Assembly (NCBI GenBank): GCA_965243025.1
Contig: CBDETY010000003.1
Span: forward strand, 2,848,001-2,912,000
DNA: 64,000 nt
Source: Candidatus Latescibacterota bacterium
GTDB taxonomy: Bacteria; Latescibacterota; UBA2968; UBA8231
Direction: 5' to 3'
Part shown: in pieces, positions 1-9,013 of the stretch
Layout: every line of letters starts with the position of its first letter
Numbering within the stretch: position 1 is the first letter of the stretch
Position numbers and translations under genes: made by a program
The notes under the pieces: model-generated
The model's database searches: none
The model's input: the letters and a program-made list of their open reading frames with translations, nothing else
Told to the model about the DNA's origin: nothing

Positions 1-715
1 GTGCGATCTCGACATCATCTTCCGGCGCCGCGAAGGCACCCTCTGCCTGCCGGTGGAGGCGGTGCTCGAGCTGTTCGACGAAGAGGAGGAGGGCGGGGAG
101 TCGGAGGTGAAGGGGCGCCGCGGCCGCTTCGTGACCTACCTCCATTCCCCCCCTGCCGACCCGGCCGCTGCCGATCCGGCTGCGGAGGCGAGCCGCGGTT
201 CCCCAGGCGACACCCTCGGAACAGCTTCAGGTACCGGCACTTCGGGCAGCCCCATGGCCGGGGATACTCTTCGGGCCGCCTCGGATATCCCTGCCGGCAG
301 CGCTTCGTCCCGGGATTCGACCACGGGGCCGGGCGCTTCCCGGGCCCAATCCTCCGATACCGCTTCTACCGGAATCCACCCCGCGGAAGCATCGACGGAA
401 GATTCAGTATCCGGCGCCCCACGGTCCGCGATTGGCGACACCGCTTCCGCCAGCGCACCCGCAGCTGAGGATCAGGCGGACACCTCGGCGGCGAAAGCGG
501 ACTCCGCCTCGGGCAAGCCCACCCCTCCCATGGTCCCCCTCGACGGATTCACCGAGGTCGAGCTCGTCATCGGCCTCGAGACCTCCACGCGCATCGAGAT
601 CCTCTCCGGCCTCCGGGAAGGGGATCGGGTCGCCGCCGATCCCGAGACGATCCGGAGGAAGCTGAAGGCGAAGGAGGGACCGCCGGAAGCCGAGGGGGCG
701 GACGGACGCCGCTGA
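1..715 (+). CDS. Efflux membrane-fusion (MacA/HlyD-like) subunit, 5'-truncated by window edge, with a long low-complexity insert
   Basis: Frame 2 is open from the window start (CDLDIIFRRREGTLCLPVEAV). The C-terminus EVELVIGLETSTRIEILSGLREGDRV is a typical MFP tail. It lies directly upstream of two MacB-like permeases and an ATPase. Confidence 0.8.
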   Translation, partial: CDLDIIFRRREGTLCLPVEAVLELFDEEEEGGESEVKGRRGRFVTYLHSPPADPAAADPAAEASRGSPGDTLGTASGTGTSGSPMAGDTLRAASDIPAGSASSRDSTTGPGASRAQSSDTASTGIHPAEASTEDSVSGAPRSAIGDTASASAPAAEDQADTSAAKADSASGKPTPPMVPLDGFTEVELVIGLETSTRIEILSGLREGDRVAADPETIRRKLKAKEGPPEAEGADGRR

Positions 716-743
716 CCCGGGACCGCCCGAGCACCTGCACCGA

Positions 744-1973
744 ATGGTCATCCACGAGCCCATCGCCGTGGGCCTGGCCCAGCTCAGGGCCAACAAGCTC
801 CGCTCCCTGCTCACCCTGCTCGGAATCGTGATCGGCGTCGCTTCCGTTATCGGCATCGTCTCGCTCGGCGGCGGCCTGCGGCGCACCGTCATGGGGGAGT
901 TCGAGCGCGAGGGCGGGGCCACGGCGATCACCGTGGGACCCCCGAACCCCTGGGAGCGGGTCGACGGCCGCTGGGTGCACCGCCACTGGGCCGAGTACCT
1001 GACCTCCGGCGACCTGCGCGCGATCCGCGCCGAGACCGGCCTCATCCGCACCGCCGTGCCCACCGTTGGCGCCAGCGCCGAGCTGCGCTACCTCAAGACG
1101 ACGGCGAACGCCGGGGTGACCGGAACCTCCGAGGAGTACGGCCAGGCCTTCCACTGGGGGGTCTCCGAGGGCCGCCACCTCAGCGCCGACGACGTCCGCT
1201 TGAACCGCAAGGTCTGCGTCCTCGGGGCGAAGGTGCGCGAGGATCTGTTCGGCAGCGCCGACCCGGTCGGCGAGGAGGTCAAGCTGAACGGCGACCGCTA
1301 CACCGTGATCGGCGTGCTCGAGCCGCGGCTGCGCTTCGGGCGCGAGCAGGGCCGCGACGTCCTCATTCCCTTCACCACCGCGCAGAGGCGCTTCACCGGG
1401 GAACGCCGGCTCGCTGAGATCTCCCTGTTCGCCGCCGGGATCGAGGAGGTGCCGGCCGTGGAGGCGGCGGTGCGCCGGGTGCTGAAACGGCGCCACGAGC
1501 ACGGCGACGAGTTCCGGGTCGAGGCCAACAGGGAACAGATCGAGGACGCCAACAGCGTCATCGGCATCATGCAGAAAATCGCCGGTGGCATCGCCGGCAT
1601 CTCCCTGCTGGTCGGCGGGATCGGCATCATGAACATCATGCTCGTATCGGTGACGGAGCGGACCCGGGAGATCGGCATCCGCAAGGCGATCGGGGCGCGC
1701 TCCGGGCAGATCCTGTTCCAGTTCCTCGCCGAGGCGGTGGTGCTCGCCGCCGCGGGGGCCGTTCTCGGAACCGCCTTCGGCATCGGCTTCGGGGCCGCCA
1801 TCGAGGCGGTCATACACTTGTTGGCCCCGGGCTCCCCCTTTTCCAGCGTCGTAACCCTCCAATCCGTTCTCTGGGCCGTGGGAGCCGCCTGCGGCATCGG
1901 CGTGTTCTTCGGGGTCTACCCCGCCTTCCGCGCCGCGCGCATGGACCCGGTAGAGGCCCTGCGCTACGAATGA
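744..1973 (+). CDS. ABC transporter permease, MacB/FtsX family
   Basis: N-terminal NKLRSLLTLLGIVIGVASV, periplasmic core, and [29 protein letters not shown] signature; ends DPVEALRYE. Confidence 0.95.
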   Translation: MVIHEPIAVGLAQLRANKLRSLLTLLGIVIGVASVIGIVSLGGGLRRTVMGEFEREGGATAITVGPPNPWERVDGRWVHRHWAEYLTSGDLRAIRAETGLIRTAVPTVGASAELRYLKTTANAGVTGTSEEYGQAFHWGVSEGRHLSADDVRLNRKVCVLGAKVREDLFGSADPVGEEVKLNGDRYTVIGVLEPRLRFGREQGRDVLIPFTTAQRRFTGERRLAEISLFAAGIEEVPAVEAAVRRVLKRRHEHGDEFRVEANREQIEDANSVIGIMQKIAGGIAGISLLVGGIGIMNIMLVSVTERTREIGIRKAIGARSGQILFQFLAEAVVLAAAGAVLGTAFGIGFGAAIEAVIHLLAPGSPFSSVVTLQSVLWAVGAACGIGVFFGVYPAFRAARMDPVEALRYE

Positions 1974-3193
1974 TCCTGCTCGAGTCGCTGCGCATCGCCT
2001 TCGGCCAGGTCTGGGCCCACAAGCTGCGCTCCATGCTCACCCTGCTCGGCATCCTGATAGGGGTCGGCTCCGTGGTCGGCATCGTCTCGATCAGCGAGGG
2101 GATGCGGCGCATGGTGGTCGGCGAGTTCGGCAAGATCTTCGGCGACCGGATTCTGGAAGTCCGGCCCCGTGAGTGGATGCTCAGGGACGGGCGCTGGGTG
2201 CAGAACCACCGGTTCCGGCCGATGGCGATGGAGGACGTCGCCCTGGTCAAGGGGGTCTCCGACCGCATCGAGGCGGTCCTGCCGATGCTGACCGCCGGCG
2301 CCCGGATGCGCTACGCCAAGGCGACCTGGGAAGGCCAGCTCGAGGCCACGGTGCCGGCCTACGCCGAGGCCTACGACTGGAGGGCGGGCGAGGGCCGCTT
2401 CCTCCTGCCCCGGGACGTCAGCGCCGCCCGCAGCGTCTGCGTTCTCGGCATGCAGGCCAAGGAGGCGCTGTTCGGCCGCGCCCCGGCCGTCGGCCGGGAA
2501 GTGAAGCTCAACGGCGATCGCTACGCGGTCGCCGGGGTCATGGAGGAGCGAACCCTGTTCGGACAGGAGTGGAGCAGCATCGTCTTCGTGCCGGCGACCA
2601 CGGCGATGCAGCGGCTGTTGGGCACCCGCCAGATCTCCGGGGTCGTCGCCGTCGCCGCCTCCGCCGAGGAGGTTCCGCGTCTCGGCGCCGCCATCGTCGC
2701 CGCCCTGCAGGAGAAGTACGGGGGGCGGATGGAGTACGAGATCGACAGTCCCGCGAACCTCATCAGCCAGATCGAGCAGACGATCCTGGTCATGAAGCTG
2801 GTCAGCGGGGGCATCGCCGGCATCTCCCTGCTGGTCGGCGGCATCGGCATCATGAACATGATGCTGGTGTCGGTTACCGAGCGCACCCGCGAGATCGGCA
2901 TCCGCAAGGCGATCGGCGCCAAACCTTCGGCGGTGCTCCTGCAGTTCGTCATCGAGGCGGTCGTGCTCAGCCTCTTCGGAGGGCTGCTGGGGATCGCCGC
3001 CGGGTTCGGGATCGGCGAGGGGATCTCGGCGGTGATCGGGCGCTACTCCGACATCCCCTACCCCAGCGCGGTCTCCCCGGCCTCGATCGCCATCGCCCTG
3101 GGCATCTCCTCGGCGGTCGGCCTCTTCTTCGGCATCTACCCGGCGGCCCGGGCCTCGAAGCTCGACCCGGTGGCCGCCCTCGGCTTCGAGTGA
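1970..3193 (+). CDS. ABC transporter permease, MacB/FtsX family (second paralogue)
   Basis: Same signatures ([19 protein letters not shown]; [25 protein letters not shown]); ATGA overlap with the previous gene. Confidence 0.95.
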   Translation: MILLESLRIAFGQVWAHKLRSMLTLLGILIGVGSVVGIVSISEGMRRMVVGEFGKIFGDRILEVRPREWMLRDGRWVQNHRFRPMAMEDVALVKGVSDRIEAVLPMLTAGARMRYAKATWEGQLEATVPAYAEAYDWRAGEGRFLLPRDVSAARSVCVLGMQAKEALFGRAPAVGREVKLNGDRYAVAGVMEERTLFGQEWSSIVFVPATTAMQRLLGTRQISGVVAVAASAEEVPRLGAAIVAALQEKYGGRMEYEIDSPANLISQIEQTILVMKLVSGGIAGISLLVGGIGIMNMMLVSVTERTREIGIRKAIGAKPSAVLLQFVIEAVVLSLFGGLLGIAAGFGIGEGISAVIGRYSDIPYPSAVSPASIAIALGISSAVGLFFGIYPAARASKLDPVAALGFE

Positions 3194-3198
3194 CGGCG

Positions 3199-3900
3199 AT
3201 GCTGATCGACCTGAAGGGAATCGAGAAGGTCTACGAGATGGAGGCCGAGGACGTGCGCGCCCTGCGCGGCGTCGACCTCGAGATCGAAGGGGGAGAGTAC
3301 GCCGCAATCATGGGCCCCTCCGGCTCGGGCAAGTCGACGCTGATGAACATCGTCGGCTGCCTCGACACCCCGAGCGCCGGCACCTACCGCCTCAACGGCG
3401 CCGACGTTTCGGAGATGAACCCCAACGAGCTGGCCGACGTGCGCAACCAGCAGATCGGCTTCGTCTTCCAGACCTTCAACCTGCTGCCCCGCTCCAGCGC
3501 CTTCCACAACGTCGAGCTGCCCCTGGTCTACGCCGGGACGCGGCGGCGCCAGAGACGGGAAAGGGCCGAGGCCGCCCTCGAGCGCGTCGGCCTCGCCGAC
3601 CGCATGGACCACCGGCCCGCCGAGCTGTCCGGGGGACAGCGCCAGCGGGTGGCCATCGCCCGGGCGCTGGTCAACGAGCCGTCGCTGCTGCTCGCCGACG
3701 AGCCGACAGGCAACCTCGACAGCCGCACCGGGGAGGAGATCATGGGCCTCTTCGACCACCTGCACGCCGAGGGAAACACCGTCATCCTCGTCACCCACGA
3801 GCAGCATGTCGCCGGCCACGCGCGGCGCTCGATAGCCATCCTCGACGGCCTCGTGGCTTCCGACGAAAGGAGGGGCGGTCAGCCCTCGGACCGTTCCTGA
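3199..3900 (+). CDS. ABC transporter ATP-binding protein (LolD/MacB type)
   Basis: ATG at 3199 ([10 protein letters not shown]). Walker [10 protein letters not shown], signature LSGGQRQR, Walker [12 protein letters not shown], switch VTHE. Confidence 0.96.
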   Translation: MLIDLKGIEKVYEMEAEDVRALRGVDLEIEGGEYAAIMGPSGSGKSTLMNIVGCLDTPSAGTYRLNGADVSEMNPNELADVRNQQIGFVFQTFNLLPRSSAFHNVELPLVYAGTRRRQRRERAEAALERVGLADRMDHRPAELSGGQRQRVAIARALVNEPSLLLADEPTGNLDSRTGEEIMGLFDHLHAEGNTVILVTHEQHVAGHARRSIAILDGLVASDERRGGQPSDRS

Positions 3901-4163
3901 GCCGCGGCCCCGAGCTTTGCCATTACGAAGTCGACGATAGCGTCGCAGGTCTCGAACAGCTCGATGCGCAGCTCCTCGTCGTCGATCTCGAAGCCGAACT
4001 CCTCCTCCAGGCCGGCGATCAGCTCGAGCGAGGCGACCGACGAGGCGCCGCCGTCCCCGAACAGGGGCTCGCCGTCCGGGATTTCCTCCGGATCGATGTC
4101 GAGCCCGAGGGTGGCGGCGATCGTCCGCTTAACCCGCTTTCTCGTCTCTTCCCGTTCCGGCAT
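3879..4163 (-). CDS. Acyl carrier protein (phosphopantetheine-binding domain)
   Basis: 94 aa, acidic. [32 protein letters not shown] aligns with the ACP pattern GxDSLxxxELxxxLEEEFG, with Ser kept and Asp replaced by Ser. Confidence 0.85.
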   Translation of the reverse strand: MPEREETRKRVKRTIAATLGLDIDPEEIPDGEPLFGDGGASSVASLELIAGLEEEFGFEIDDEELRIELFETCDAIVDFVMAKLGAAAQERSEG

Positions 4164-6156
4164 TCTCCTGCTCCGGATCCTGTGAAAAATGGGCCACGAC
4201 GGTCTCGACCAGGCGGCCTTCCCCCGCCCGCGACAGGATCGCCGCGGCGGGGATGCCGAAGCGGTCTTCGAGACGGCGCAGGTTGCTGTCGATCTCCCCG
4301 GCCGACATCTGGCGCGGGGTGATCCAGCTGCGCCCGTAGGCGGCGCGGATGTGCTTCTCCTTGTCGCTCATCGCCAGGGCGATGGTCGGCGCCTTCGCCA
4401 GTCCGCGCAGGCAGGCGATGGTGTCCGCGACGTACTCCTCGGGGTCGATGCTGTTGACCACCAGGACGACGGCGTCCGGCCTGGTGCCGAGCAGGAAGGC
4501 GAGAGAGGTAATGGTATGGGTCGACGGGTGCTCGATGGCGTAGGGGATCGTCCCCGACTGGCACCCCACCAGCATGATGTCCGGCTTCCTGTGGTGGGCG
4601 ATCTCCCGCATCCTGGCGTCGAGAAAGGGGGCGTACCACTGCAGCGGCAGCTCGAGCGGCGACGCGTACCCCATCGGGAAAGAGAAGTCCATGCCGAAAA
4701 GGGCGGAGTGGTGCTCGGTGCCGACCTGGCCGACCGCGTACCCCGCCTTCTGCAGGCGCCGCCGCAGGGCGAGCTGCAGGGTGAACTTCCCCTGCTGCGA
4801 GCTGGTGCCGAACACCCCCAGCACCGGGATGTCGACGGCACCGTACCGGCTCGACCGGCGCAGCAGCGCCTCGACCTCGGCGTTGTCGACCCCCGGGTAG
4901 GCGATCTTCAGGTTGCGGCGCCGGGCCTCGGCGTGCAGGTCCCCGTACTTCGCCGGCAGGACCGGCAGGAAGCTGAAGACGTGCAGCCCCGCGGCAAGTG
5001 CGGCCCCGACCGACTCCCGCAGGACGTCCCGCCTGCCGATGCGGCCCAGCTCGTCGACGTACCCCAGGATCAGGGTATCGGCGCCGCCCAGGGCATCCCC
5101 GAGCTTCGGGCAGATGCGGATCCCGACCGGGGGCAGCCCGAGGGCCTCGCCGGCGTCCTTGCCCGCCAGCCCCTTGCCGGCGGGATCGGCGATGCCCACG
5201 ACCTCGAAGTCGAGGTGTTTCAGGTGCCGGACCAGGCTGTGCATCTCCTTGTTGAAGGGGTACAGGGCCGCCTTGTGGATCCAGTCCGGGCAGCCGCCGC
5301 CCTCGACATGCGAGGTGCTCTCCCGGGGAGCCGGTCCCGCCACCGGGTTGGCAACCCCGGCCCGGTCGCGGACGGCTCCCGCCGAAGGGCGCCGGCCCGG
5401 TTTGTCCCGGGGAGGGCGAACCTCCTCGTCCAGGGCGTTCGCCTTCAGGATCTCCCGCACCTCCTCGAGGCCGGCTTCTGGCGAAGCCTCCCTGATCAGG
5501 GCGACGATGCCGCTGACATGGGGGGCGGCGAAGCTGGTGCCCGCGGTCATCACCTCGCGCGGCTGCAGCCAGCACAGCCGCTGCTCGTCGCCGCGGGCGA
5601 CGCACTCGATCGGCTTGCCCTCCCGGTAGTGGAACCCGTAGCGGCCGGGGACCTTGCCGCCGGCCACCCCGATGACGTCGGGCAGCACCGCCGGGTAGCT
5701 CTCGAGCCCCTCGTTGTGCTCGGCGGCCACCAGGATGACTCCGGCGCGGGCAGCCTCCCGGGCCGCCTCGGTGAGAGGACGGCGAAAGCTCGCGTCCGTG
5801 GTCCCGAGACTGAGGTTGACGACGTCCATTTCCTCGTCGAGGCACCAGCGCAGGGCGGCGACCAGGACGCTGCCGTCGGCGCTGAGGGATTCGTCGAAGA
5901 TGCGCACGCTGTAGATAGAGGCGGCCGGCGCCTTCTTGAGGATGATCCCGGCGCAGGCGGTGCCGTGCCCCGCCTTGTCGGCGATCTCCCCGATCTGCTC
6001 GATCCGCCCGTCCCCGCCGACTGACATGGCCACCCCGCCGGCCACCCGGATGCGCGGATGCGCCGGGTCGACACCGCTGTCGACGACAGCGACCCTGATC
6101 CCCGCCCCGGTGAGGGCCTGGAAGGGCAACTGGAGGGAGCCAGGTGCTGGTGTCAT
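4129..6156 (-). CDS. S8 subtilase fused to C-terminal Rossmann-like/P-loop region (DUF1611-like)
   Basis: Catalytic triad motifs VAVVDSGV, GHGTACAG and GTSFAAPHV. The C-half has VLGVFGTSSQQGKFTLQ (P-loop-like), VGCQSG and LLGTRPDAVVLVV. No signal peptide. Start taken at ATG 6156 (the ORF is open to 6201). Confidence 0.85.
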   Translation of the reverse strand: MTPAPGSLQLPFQALTGAGIRVAVVDSGVDPAHPRIRVAGGVAMSVGGDGRIEQIGEIADKAGHGTACAGIILKKAPAASIYSVRIFDESLSADGSVLVAALRWCLDEEMDVVNLSLGTTDASFRRPLTEAAREAARAGVILVAAEHNEGLESYPAVLPDVIGVAGGKVPGRYGFHYREGKPIECVARGDEQRLCWLQPREVMTAGTSFAAPHVSGIVALIREASPEAGLEEVREILKANALDEEVRPPRDKPGRRPSAGAVRDRAGVANPVAGPAPRESTSHVEGGGCPDWIHKAALYPFNKEMHSLVRHLKHLDFEVVGIADPAGKGLAGKDAGEALGLPPVGIRICPKLGDALGGADTLILGYVDELGRIGRRDVLRESVGAALAAGLHVFSFLPVLPAKYGDLHAEARRRNLKIAYPGVDNAEVEALLRRSSRYGAVDIPVLGVFGTSSQQGKFTLQLALRRRLQKAGYAVGQVGTEHHSALFGMDFSFPMGYASPLELPLQWYAPFLDARMREIAHHRKPDIMLVGCQSGTIPYAIEHPSTHTITSLAFLLGTRPDAVVLVVNSIDPEEYVADTIACLRGLAKAPTIALAMSDKEKHIRAAYGRSWITPRQMSAGEIDSNLRRLEDRFGIPAAAILSRAGEGRLVETVVAHFSQDPEQENAGTGRDEKAG

Positions 6157-6252
6157 GGATCGGACGCTCCTTCGGGCGGGTGGAACGAGGCCGGCCGACA
6201 TGCGGATGCGGCCGCTTCGCCTTCCCTGTAGACGTGCCAGCGGCTGGAAGTG

Positions 6253-6421
6253 CTAGTGCCCCGTCGCAGAAATATCTCGACATTGGGACGCCGATCCATC
6301 CCGGCTCACGGCGTTGCCTTCGCTCCCCGTACGCCCTCGGTACGACTCGCTCAGGCGCCTTGTGAGCCGGGCGCCTCGGCATCCCAATTTTGTCAATCTA
6401 TCTCTGCGACGGGACACCTAG
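6253..6421. mobile_element. MITE-like miniature inverted-repeat element, complete copy
   Basis: Terminal inverted repeats tagtgccccgtcgcagaaata (6254-) and tatctctgcgacgggacaccta (-6420), with CTAG at both ends (6253-6256, 6418-6421). Nested internal palindromes ccggctcac..gtgagccgg and cgtac..gtacg. Two more partial copies nearby. Confidence 0.8.
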
Positions 6422-6662
6422 CCCTTCCGCGCGCAATTCCGTGAATTCGTTCCCCGCGGCATCCCGGCACAGTTACCCCCGTCCTTGCTCCGACATACCC
6501 CGGCAGGCACTTGCGGAGGCCCCTCATTCTTTCCGGGAAACCAGGCAGCAGGCGCCCGGCCGTCCTGGCGACCGCTGAAACGGCGCTAGTACACACACCC
6601 CCGGATGCGTCTGATGGATAGCGCTCTCACCCGAAATCCATCCGCAGCGCAGGAGGCTCCCC

Positions 6663-7853
6663 ATGGCGGAAACGGCCGTACTTCCGCTCAACGAAGATCC
6701 GCCGGTGAGAGGGTATCTCCGGCACGCATTCCTCTTCTCCATCCTCGCGACCGACGACATCTACCTGCCCTGGCTGTTCGGCGGCAACTACACCCAACTG
6801 GTCTTCGACCGCGACCCCGGGTGGATGCCGCTCGACTTCTACAGCCCCCTCGGCTACAGCGGCAGCGGCTTCGCCTGTCCCTTTCTCGACGCCCAGTGGA
6901 TCGGCCGCACCCTGATCGAGGGGGGATACGGCAGCGCCGTCCCGTTCCTGATCGAGAGCATCGACGAAGGCTACTACGCGAGACTGACGGTTGACGAGTT
7001 CTATCTGCCCGGGAGGACCTCCTACCGCCGCCGCCACTTCATGCACAGCCTGCTCGTCCACGGGTACGACCGCGGCCGCGGCCTTTTCCGGGCGGCGGGG
7101 TACCTTGCGAACGGGGAGTACCGATCCTCCCGGGTGACCTTTACCGAACTGGAGGAGGCGTTCGCCGTCGGCCTCGAGCCCCTGGAGACGGGGGATCGGG
7201 ACCGGGGAAGTGACGGCGAGAGCGATACCGGACCGCGCAGATTCGACGGGGTCGGATCGCGCGCCGACCTGCGGCGCTGCATGTACAGCAAACGGTTGAG
7301 CAACGTCGAGTCCAACAGGGTCTGGCTGGTTCGATACAACCGCGAGGCCCGCTTCGAGCTCGACTTCGGAGCGGCCCTGGAAATGCTGGAGGATTACGCG
7401 AATTCCGCGAGGACGCCGTCGCGGTTTGCGAGCATCCTCACTTTCCCGAACAAGGTCTACACCCTCGGACAGCCGGTCCCCGAACGGGAAGACCTGACCT
7501 TCGGAGTCGAAACCTACGGCTGCCTTCAGTGGTGGATGGAGGAGGTTCTGCGGGGGCGCCGGGAATTCGACATCATCCCCTTCCACGTGCTCTGGGAGCA
7601 CAAGAAGGTCATGGTGTCGCGGCTGGAGTACTTCGAGAGGAAGGGCTTTCTCGACCCTTCGCTGGCCCTGTCGGCCCGCTACCGGGAAATCGAAGCCAGG
7701 GCCTCCCACCTGCGGCTGCTGATGATTCGCTGCCGCATGAAGCAGGACCTGAAGCTGCTGGACCGCTCGCTCGCCCGCGTGGCCAACCTCCGGAAGGAGG
7801 AGACGCGGGCGCTTGACGGTGTGCTGCGCGCCGCGGGGTCCGCCCGGGCCTGA
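6663..7853 (+). CDS. BtrH N-terminal-like (papain/NlpC-P60-fold) protein
   Basis: AGGAGG RBS upstream. The motif IDEGYYARLTVDEFYLPGRTSYRRRHFMHSLLVHGYD matches the VDxFYLP..Y...HxxHxxxVxGYD pattern of BtrH_N-type proteins. Helical C-terminus. Confidence 0.65.
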   Translation: MAETAVLPLNEDPPVRGYLRHAFLFSILATDDIYLPWLFGGNYTQLVFDRDPGWMPLDFYSPLGYSGSGFACPFLDAQWIGRTLIEGGYGSAVPFLIESIDEGYYARLTVDEFYLPGRTSYRRRHFMHSLLVHGYDRGRGLFRAAGYLANGEYRSSRVTFTELEEAFAVGLEPLETGDRDRGSDGESDTGPRRFDGVGSRADLRRCMYSKRLSNVESNRVWLVRYNREARFELDFGAALEMLEDYANSARTPSRFASILTFPNKVYTLGQPVPEREDLTFGVETYGCLQWWMEEVLRGRREFDIIPFHVLWEHKKVMVSRLEYFERKGFLDPSLALSARYREIEARASHLRLLMIRCRMKQDLKLLDRSLARVANLRKEETRALDGVLRAAGSARA

Positions 7854-7876
7854 ACTGGTCCGGGCACCCGCCCCGC

Positions 7877-8518
7877 CTACTCCTGCGGCTCGCCGTTTTC
7901 CCTGTTGGCACCCCTCTGCCGCTCACGGCGCAGCAACCACCCCGGGATCTTCCGCAATGAGTCCACTATCTGCTGCAGAAGCCGCTGGTGGCGCGCCCTG
8001 CTCACGGTCAGCTCCGCCAGCTTGATCCAGGGGGCGCGTTCCCGCACGTGGCCTTCCGCCCTCGACAGATGCGCTTTCACCGACTCCTCCGCCAGCCCGA
8101 GAAAGCGCGCGATCTCCTCGCATGAGCTCCCCTCGATATGGAAGAGCACGAAGATCCGGCGGCTTTCCCGGGGAATCTCGTCCAGCAGGCTCCAGAGTTT
8201 CGCCGGCACCTCGACCCTTTTCTCGGGCTCCTGGTCCTCCGGGGGGCGCGGCGATCCTTTCATGTAGGCGTGAACGCGCCCATCCGGCTCCACACTCCCT
8301 CCGGAACGCTTTGCCGCGAAGCGGCTGACGGACCCGTGCGCAGGCCTGATCAGCGCCACAACGAACTCGCGCAGGAAACGGCGGGCTTCCTCCTCCACTG
8401 TCCGGATCACCTCCGCAACAGGCAAAGCAACGGCCCCGCAACAGACGGTTTCCGCCTGAATCGGACCGAAGGGGGAGTTTTTGTAATCGGGCGTTTTCGA
8501 ATCACTTATCCTCGACAT
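7877..8518 (-). CDS. Sigma-70 region-4 (ECF-like) protein; region 2 not recognisable
   Basis: LWSLLDEIPRESRRIFVLFHIEGSSCEEIARFLGLAEESVKAHLSRA is a typical sigma region-4 HTH. The N-terminus is divergent and the start is uncertain. Confidence 0.65.
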   Translation of the reverse strand: MSRISDSKTPDYKNSPFGPIQAETVCCGAVALPVAEVIRTVEEEARRFLREFVVALIRPAHGSVSRFAAKRSGGSVEPDGRVHAYMKGSPRPPEDQEPEKRVEVPAKLWSLLDEIPRESRRIFVLFHIEGSSCEEIARFLGLAEESVKAHLSRAEGHVRERAPWIKLAELTVSRARHQRLLQQIVDSLRKIPGWLLRRERQRGANRENGEPQE

Positions 8519-8630
8519 TCGTTTTTCGTTCTCCCGTGGCGGTTCTCAAGGCCTTCACATGTCTGACGGCAATGAACACCGAAGTACTATAAGCACTATG
8601 TGACAGAATGGGTTGTCCCGACAACGGGCG

Positions 8631-8753
8631 CAGGCGCCCGGACTCACAAGCCGCCTCAGCGAGCCGTACCGAGGGTGTACGGCGAGCGCAGGCAACGCCG
8701 GGAGTCGGGATTGAGGCGGAAAATCGCACCGGATGAGGATTTCATTTAACCGC
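8631..8753. repeat. Partial copy 2 of the MITE-like element (inverted relative to 6253-6421)
   Basis: aggcgcccggactcacaagccgcctcagcgagccgtaccgagggtgtacggcgagcgcaggcaacgccg matches the reverse complement of copy 1. It shares the tail caccggatgaggatttcatt-aaccgc with copy 3. Confidence 0.8.
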
Positions 8754-9013
8754 GATTTTTCCCCTCAAATGGATCGGCGGAAGAATTGCAAGGTGAATTG
8801 CAAGGAATTGATGGGACAGGACACTGGTATGTATTGACCCTCTGCAAGCTATAGCAGAGAACTCCAATCCGGGTTCACGCTTTGATTTTTGCCGGTCTGC
8901 CTTCTCCCGTGGCTTTAACCGGGAGGAACGGATAATACGACGGTCATCACTCTGGTATTCGCGGGTTGGCTGCTGCCTGACCTTTCTTCGTCGCCGAGCT
9001 GCCTCTGTCCGGA

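Noticed and set aside
2173-3198. Apparent 575-aa ATPase with long N-terminal extension; likewise extended starts of ORFs 38631-41240, 55413-56966 and 42405-43826
   Set aside because: The extensions overlap genuine upstream genes or intergenic DNA and are low-complexity; the true starts are downstream (3199, 39359, 56366, 43424).
6144-6660. Small ORFs as possible RiPP precursor peptides for the S8/ACP module
   Set aside because: They overlap the MITE and adjacent segment, lack an RBS or leader-like pattern, and their similarity to ORFs at 8502-8729 and 8742-9143 is explained by the DNA repeat.
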